DNA from: a virus
Taxonomy: Duplodnaviria > Heunggongvirae > Uroviricota > Caudoviricetes
Length of the DNA stretch: 64,000 nucleotides
Direction: 5' to 3' (one strand)
IMG/VR virus record: IMGVR_UViG_3300000976_000008
Location: 303,223 to 367,222 of that record
The position numbers and the translations under genes were made by a program. This document shows positions 58,935 through 64,000 of this stretch, piece after piece (within the stretch, counting starts at the first letter, position 1; each line of letters opens with the position of its first letter). Under the pieces are notes generated by a model that was given only the letters and a program-made list of their open reading frames with translations, made no database searches and was not told the DNA's origin.

Positions 58935-59896
58935 AGCAGATCGAAGTCCTGAATTCCCTTGCCGTTCAATGTCACTTGGCTCAAGTTGGTGATATCGTTA
59001 ATCACTACCTGGTGACCACCTGGCTTCACTGGCGGAAGTGGCTTAGGGTCTACTGGTGGTGGTGTCGGGTTAGCTTTCGGCGGACCGTAGAGTCGTTGGA
59101 TTCTGGTCACATCGTCCGTATAAACCGGTTTCGGAACGCCTGGTGAGTAGAACGGAGCCATCAAGGCTCGGTTCTGTCTCGAATGGTCAAGACCAAGAAG
59201 GTGACCAAATTCGTGACACGCAACGTTCAAGAACAACGTTCCACGATTTCGTGAGTCAGCAACCCAAGTCTCATCGAGGTCAAACCTCGTTAACAACTGG
59301 CCTCTAAAGTTCGGATTTGGTGGCAAGAATGCCCAAGCCAAAGTTCCCGAAGGTCCATCAAAGTTGTCTGCTCTACCTTGACCAGTAGAGATTATGAAAT
59401 TCGCACTACTCTTGCTAGTGGTTCTTCTAATATCTAAACCACAATGCACTTCCCATTGCTGGAATGCAAGATCGATCAGATCATCCATATCTGATTTAGG
59501 GATTGCACTTCTAACGTACTTTTCAACATAGTACGTAAGATTCATTATCCCCCATTTGTTAGCATTACTCGCCTTCTCAGGAGTAGATGCCAACATAAAG
59601 TCTGGGCCACCCTTAGAGTTAGGTTTCTCTTTTGTGACCAACATGAAGTCGGGACAGCCGCATCGTGGCGTCAGCATCGCTCTTCTTGTTCGACCATCCA
59701 ACTTACCGTTAGCTGTTAATCCAAAACTCTTTTGGAATTTCTTAGTATGAGTCTCGATATCTTTCTTAGAAAGAACCTTCTTCTTGTTAGGTTCGTAGTA
59801 GTAATGTAGATAATTCAGTGCGAACTTTGCGTCAGCATGAACAAGACCCATCGAATCAGCGATTGATCGTACTAATTTTGGTGTGATACCAGCCAT
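58931..59896 (-). CDS. matrixin (peptidase M10) with PG-binding-like prodomain
   Basis: KFQK.FGL..NGKLD..T; cysteine switch PRCGCPD; FDGPSGTLAWAFLP; FD.DE.W; HEFGHLLGLDH; Met-turn ALMAPFY. Confidence 0.92.
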   Translation of the reverse strand: MAGITPKLVRSIADSMGLVHADAKFALNYLHYYYEPNKKKVLSKKDIETHTKKFQKSFGLTANGKLDGRTRRAMLTPRCGCPDFMLVTKEKPNSKGGPDFMLASTPEKASNANKWGIMNLTYYVEKYVRSAIPKSDMDDLIDLAFQQWEVHCGLDIRRTTSKSSANFIISTGQGRADNFDGPSGTLAWAFLPPNPNFRGQLLTRFDLDETWVADSRNRGTLFLNVACHEFGHLLGLDHSRQNRALMAPFYSPGVPKPVYTDDVTRIQRLYGPPKANPTPPPVDPKPLPPVKPGGHQVVINDITNLSQVTLNGKGIQDFDLL

Positions 59897-59924
59897 TTTT
59901 GGATTCTCCTTTAAGATCTACTTC

Positions 59925-60224
59925 ATGTTTGACGACACATTACCTGTTCTAAATTGTGATAATTGTGGTGTATGTTGCAGCGAAATAGGTGTGCCTCCAT
60001 TCGTACGCCATGAAATATTCGATCTACCAGAAGAATTAAGAAATGAAGTATTCGCTTACGAGGAGAGCGAACCAAATAGAGAAAATAGCAAGAAACCATG
60101 CTATTGGTGGGATTCCACCACTAAGAAATGTACTCAATATGAAAACAGACCACAAACCTGCCAAGATTTCGAGCCAGGATGTGTCTCATGCCTATCTTAT
60201 AGAGATTACCACAATATAGATTAG
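59925..60224 (+). CDS. YkgJ-family CxxCxxCC metal-cluster protein
   Basis: CDNCGVCC ... PC.W......C..YE.RP.TC..F; likely start MFDDT at 59925. Confidence 0.85.
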   Translation: MFDDTLPVLNCDNCGVCCSEIGVPPFVRHEIFDLPEELRNEVFAYEESEPNRENSKKPCYWWDSTTKKCTQYENRPQTCQDFEPGCVSCLSYRDYHNID

Positions 60225-60793
60225 CGATGATGTGGGTGGGAATTATGTCCATTCCCAAGATTTACAAATCCATTTGGTTCGACTGTCAAAGAATAGTCGA
60301 TCATACCATTATAAGTTCTCTGTTGCTGGATATTCATAATTCTTTGATATCCAGCATCTTTAATTTGAGCAGGAGCACCCGAATACTGAGGCATATTCTG
60401 TTTGAAAGAGAATCTTTTGAACAAATCAGCTTTCGATGGTGATGGAGGAATAGGAATCGCTGATGTGACTAGTTGCCATTGCTGTTGAAATGCTGCGTTA
60501 TTCGCAAGTTGTATAGCTTGTTGGTCTCTACGAGCTTGCAGAGCAGCTTGCGTACTCTGAGGAGTCAACCTGAGACTTCTAAACTTCACTTCAGTCTTCT
60601 TATTGAAGTATACAATCGGTTCTGTTTGTTGAATGTATACTGGAGGCTGTGGTATAGCGTTGTGGACCATCACAGATGGTTGATGGACGACATTCTGAAT
60701 CACTCGTCTAGGCTGAGAATTAACAAAGCTTCTATACTTGTCAGATGCGTATAGCGAAGAAGAGCAGGCAAGCAGAACAATTAGGTATCTCAT
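60221..60793 (-). CDS. exported Q/P-rich hypothetical protein
   Basis: Signal-peptide-like MRYLIVLLACSSSLYA; Q-rich body. Confidence 0.65.
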   Translation of the reverse strand: MRYLIVLLACSSSLYASDKYRSFVNSQPRRVIQNVVHQPSVMVHNAIPQPPVYIQQTEPIVYFNKKTEVKFRSLRLTPQSTQAALQARRDQQAIQLANNAAFQQQWQLVTSAIPIPPSPSKADLFKRFSFKQNMPQYSGAPAQIKDAGYQRIMNIQQQRTYNGMIDYSLTVEPNGFVNLGNGHNSHPHHR

Positions 60794-60808
60794 AATTTCA
60801 CAATCTGA

Positions 60809-61852
60809 TTAATTAAAGATGATACGCCATCTGCAAACAATTTCGAAATCCTCTGATTTCTTCACAGGAGATTTTAGAATTCTATGACTGAAAATCCTAA
60901 ACCCGTCTCTGAGGACACCAATATCACCAGTCAATGGGTTATTATCGATATCAACAGGAGTTCGATCCAAAGTAATATCTCGACCACCTAAAGCTTTATT
61001 GATGACGAGATAATAAGGATTTAGCTGGTTTATGATATTATCAGCTTCAACCGTAGATCCTGGTGCAACAATCTTGATCTGATCACCTTCCTTGATATGA
61101 TCAATATCTGTTTCAGAAGGATCTAATGAAATTGTCGCGGTACCTGAAGAATTCGCAAGGAATGAAGTAACCCCAGAGCCAGTTAAGAAGATATCTCTCG
61201 GATCACATTCACAAGCACCAACTGAATTGACTTCTCTAGCTGCAACCAAGGCAACCTCAGTTATTGTGAAGAAGTCACTTGCCGTGACACCTAGACCATT
61301 ATACTCTTCTTTACGCAGAGTCGTCTCAAGCACTAGAACATTATTAAGTGCTCGAACATCATGAGATAATAGAGGAGTACCAGCAGGTTGGTATGACGGC
61401 TCAAAAAAGACTCTTTCGATTCTTTTCAAAGGTCTCGATGGTTCAGAAATAGGAATAGGATTAATTAATCCACCATCATATTCTGCACCAGCACCTAGCG
61501 TAATTGGTATGAAGCCACCAACAACAGTATCTTCAGTATAGAACCTGGCGTCAGCAGTGTTTAGAGGCGTACCTTCATCATCGAAAGAAGCACCGAACAT
61601 AATGTACTTCGGAGAAAATTCTTCGATATCGATATTATGTGTAACCCAATCGCCAACACCACTACCAGCATTTGGGTCCCATAATTTAGAGTGCATCATC
61701 CTATGGGATAGAATCTCTTTAGCTTCAATCTTGATGATATTAGGTTGAACTATACGGTTCAACGTCCTACCGTGGCGATCTCGAACGATAAATTCTATTT
61801 CACCTTGGTATTCCTTATAATTTTTCATATCAGAAACGCTGAACTCACTCAT
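60809..61852 (-). CDS. baseplate / tail-fibre attachment-like protein
   Basis: G.I......NII; LETTL...EYNG......TEVALV; C-terminal FSHR....VKKS.DFEI..RWRI.F, a pattern seen in myovirus baseplate or fibre-collar proteins (from memory). Confidence 0.6.
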   Translation of the reverse strand: MSEFSVSDMKNYKEYQGEIEFIVRDRHGRTLNRIVQPNIIKIEAKEILSHRMMHSKLWDPNAGSGVGDWVTHNIDIEEFSPKYIMFGASFDDEGTPLNTADARFYTEDTVVGGFIPITLGAGAEYDGGLINPIPISEPSRPLKRIERVFFEPSYQPAGTPLLSHDVRALNNVLVLETTLRKEEYNGLGVTASDFFTITEVALVAAREVNSVGACECDPRDIFLTGSGVTSFLANSSGTATISLDPSETDIDHIKEGDQIKIVAPGSTVEADNIINQLNPYYLVINKALGGRDITLDRTPVDIDNNPLTGDIGVLRDGFRIFSHRILKSPVKKSEDFEIVCRWRIIFN

Positions 61853-62184
61853 CTGACTTCACTTTCTATTAGATGGACCTCATAGCCATCTTTCCGTTTC
61901 TGTATATCATCTACAATAAATGATCCACATGACATCGGTAGACTGATGGAATTTGTATCCAGAGATTTGACTAGAATTACTCGTATCCCATCTTCATCAG
62001 GTTCGATATCTTTAGCGTCGTCGATCTGTTTGCGAAGCATGTCGAATGTTGCAAATTGAATAGAACTAGGCTCTACCGGCATTGGTGCTGGTGGAGCCAC
62101 TTGCTCTTTTACAGCTACTGGGATGGACTTGGTTTCTAATCCACTAGCCTTAAGAGCACTATTCAATCGATCTTGCAATCTCAT
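61849..62184 (-). CDS. hypothetical protein
   Basis: 111 aa, coupled on both sides. Confidence 0.6.
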   Translation of the reverse strand: MRLQDRLNSALKASGLETKSIPVAVKEQVAPPAPMPVEPSSIQFATFDMLRKQIDDAKDIEPDEDGIRVILVKSLDTNSISLPMSCGSFIVDDIQKRKDGYEVHLIESEVR

Positions 62185-62633
62185 TATTCGCCGCTTTCTT
62201 GACCCTCAGTTTTCTTAGATAGAGATTCCTGCTCTTCCAAGTCTTTCCAAGAATCTAAGAGATCACCAAGAACAATTTTTCCATCATTCACTGACATATT
62301 GTAAACGCCAATTGTGTACCGTTCAGGCACAAGTGGTTCTTCATCATCTTCGGATACGAAAACGTCAGGATGATTAACACTAAGGAATTGAAGGAATGCC
62401 TTGGAATCATTTAGAACATCGTTGAACATTTCAGGGGCAGAATCCAACACTGCCTGCATCTGTTCTTTTGTTAATGCTCTATCACCATGTGTGAGAGGGG
62501 ATTGCCAGAATCTGTCGAAACTGGCTTTCCATAACGTGACCATAGCGGTTCTACTCTGATCAACGTCTTTGATGCGAGCATTCGCTGCAGCAACTTGATC
62601 AAAACCACTTTCAACTTGTGTGTATTTACCCAT
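62184..62633 (-). CDS. hypothetical protein
   Basis: 149 aa, downstream of a fibre gene. Confidence 0.6.
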   Translation of the reverse strand: MGKYTQVESGFDQVAAANARIKDVDQSRTAMVTLWKASFDRFWQSPLTHGDRALTKEQMQAVLDSAPEMFNDVLNDSKAFLQFLSVNHPDVFVSEDDEEPLVPERYTIGVYNMSVNDGKIVLGDLLDSWKDLEEQESLSKKTEGQESGE

Positions 62634-62814
62634 CGCCTTTTGCCTGTTTCTCTTTCATCGCTTTCAAGAGTTTGGTCCTGAGAGGCCAGAATTGAGCTGC
62701 TGCTGCCATAGAATCTTGACTCTTCTTAACAGCGACATCAGCAGCAGATAAAATTAGTTCAATTTCGACACCTGAGAGTGGAATTTCAAAAACATCAGCA
62801 GTTGGTTCAACCAT
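62626..62814 (-). CDS. small hypothetical protein
   Basis: 62 aa, GAGG RBS. Confidence 0.55.
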   Translation of the reverse strand: MVEPTADVFEIPLSGVEIELILSAADVAVKKSQDSMAAAAQFWPLRTKLLKAMKEKQAKGDG

Positions 62815-62847
62815 ATCACGCCTCTAACTCAATAATAAACGTGATAT

Positions 62848-64000
62848 CTACGCAAAAGTGATAGAAGACAACGTCCCACCATCATTAACCCACAGTTTAA
62901 TAGTTCCAGATGTTGTATTCTTCCAGATAGTTCCGAAGCCGTCGTCAATTTGGGCAGGTACAGGATCTGCAGCATCTGAGTACATTTGCAATTCTAAGGT
63001 TGAAGCAGAAGATAGCTTAGTCTTATAAGCACCTAAGTCAGCATCCCAATCGTGAAGTTCAAGAGCACCACCAGTAGAGTGCTGAATCTTGTACCCATTG
63101 ACGTTCGACCAAATCCTAGCATTCTCATATAAAGAGTAAGAATTAGCTGACGATGTGCGAAGACGGAAAATGTTCGTAACACCAGTTCCCATCACATCTG
63201 GTTCTAATGTGAATGTAGTACCAGCATGTGATAAGAGCAATCTCTCATAATTTGTCTCATCAGTATACGCTGAATAGAGAGAGAAATCAGGAGTTACAGT
63301 TCCTTGTAATCGTAATGGGCCTTGCATCCGAACTCTGTCATTTGCAGCATCAACAAACAAAGCATGTGTCAGATTATTAGTTTCAACTCTGAAGCTAGCA
63401 CCACTAAAACCGCTATCATTAATAACGCATTGAGTATTCCAAGCTAACCTGTGGTGAATTGTACCGTTTCTAGTGAAGAACCATTGATTGAAAGTCTGTT
63501 CAAGACGAGCTTTCACAGTAACAAATTCTGGATCATCAGTAGTATTCAAACTCTGATCAAACGGATTAGTACCATCAAGTAGATTGTGATCTGTTCCAGC
63601 ATCATCCGTAAAGTAAAGAATATTGGGACTATCACTCTTAAGCCAGAGATATCCCATACCAGCAGCAGGAACTGATGAATGATCAGCAGATTCTGCGAAA
63701 ATCAAATCCTTAGTTAAATTAAGGCTACCAGCAGAATCAACATTTAACAAAATGTTCCTATTTGTAGGGTCATCATAAACTCTAAATAGATCAGCAGTTT
63801 GCCCCACAGCTCCAATTGCACCAAGAGGACAACGAGTAACAGAACTATTTGAGAAAGCAGATTCAGTACCGTATAAAATTTTCAATTGGGTCGCAGATAC
63901 TGGGCCAACTCCAAAGTATCTGTCTTTATCGGTGCTAAACCAATCAGCATCCAAAGGATGTGAATAAGAGAAACCACCATCCGCTTTCAATTGAAGTTGG
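62848..64000 (-). CDS. tail-fibre-like protein, C-terminal part (runs off window end)
   Basis: Frame is open to the window edge; LYFTDDAGTD, DQSLNTTDDPEF, FRVE.....ALFVDA..DRV and KLWVNDGGT fibre-type motifs. Confidence 0.7.
   Translation of the reverse strand, partial: QLQLKADGGFSYSHPLDADWFSTDKDRYFGVGPVSATQLKILYGTESAFSNSSVTRCPLGAIGAVGQTADLFRVYDDPTNRNILLNVDSAGSLNLTKDLIFAESADHSSVPAAGMGYLWLKSDSPNILYFTDDAGTDHNLLDGTNPFDQSLNTTDDPEFVTVKARLEQTFNQWFFTRNGTIHHRLAWNTQCVINDSGFSGASFRVETNNLTHALFVDAANDRVRMQGPLRLQGTVTPDFSLYSAYTDETNYERLLLSHAGTTFTLEPDVMGTGVTNIFRLRTSSANSYSLYENARIWSNVNGYKIQHSTGGALELHDWDADLGAYKTKLSSASTLELQMYSDAADPVPAQIDDGFGTIWKNTTSGTIKLWVNDGGTLSSITFA

Noticed and set aside
1-64000. Stop-codon reassignment, as seen in some jumbo phages
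   Set aside because: Recognisable proteins are full-length under the standard code, and TAA, TAG and TGA all end genes at sensible positions.

Overview
The window looks like a 64-kb piece of a large (jumbo-type) tailed bacteriophage genome using the standard genetic code. Genes are densely packed, switch strand often and are mostly hypothetical. It encodes a P2 gpI-like baseplate protein, several very long repeat-rich fibre or virion proteins, a sigma-70-type factor, an HNH nuclease, a DUF932-like protein and a NUDIX hydrolase. Host-like genes (a Planctomycete-type cytochrome c domain, ClpS, Q/V-rich exported proteins) suggest a Planctomycetota host; this is an inference. Most notable modules: (1) an operon of exported proteins, two with heme-c CxxCH motifs, followed by a trypsin-fold protein lacking its whole catalytic triad (7.3-11.5 kb); (2) a ~10-kb island of glycosyltransferases, sulfotransferases, methyltransferases and a radical SAM enzyme directly after the baseplate gene (15.7-25.8 kb); (3) an Rrf2 regulator plus an adenosine deaminase (27-28.4 kb); (4) an output-less Cache-TM-PAS membrane sensor inside the fibre gene block (39-40.2 kb); (5) modular giant fibres with duplicated internal modules; (6) ClpS, a matrixin and a YkgJ-type protein (58.6-60.2 kb). 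I recognised no tRNA, rRNA, CRISPR array, integrase or IS element. All family calls come from reading motifs by eye; no database search was run.
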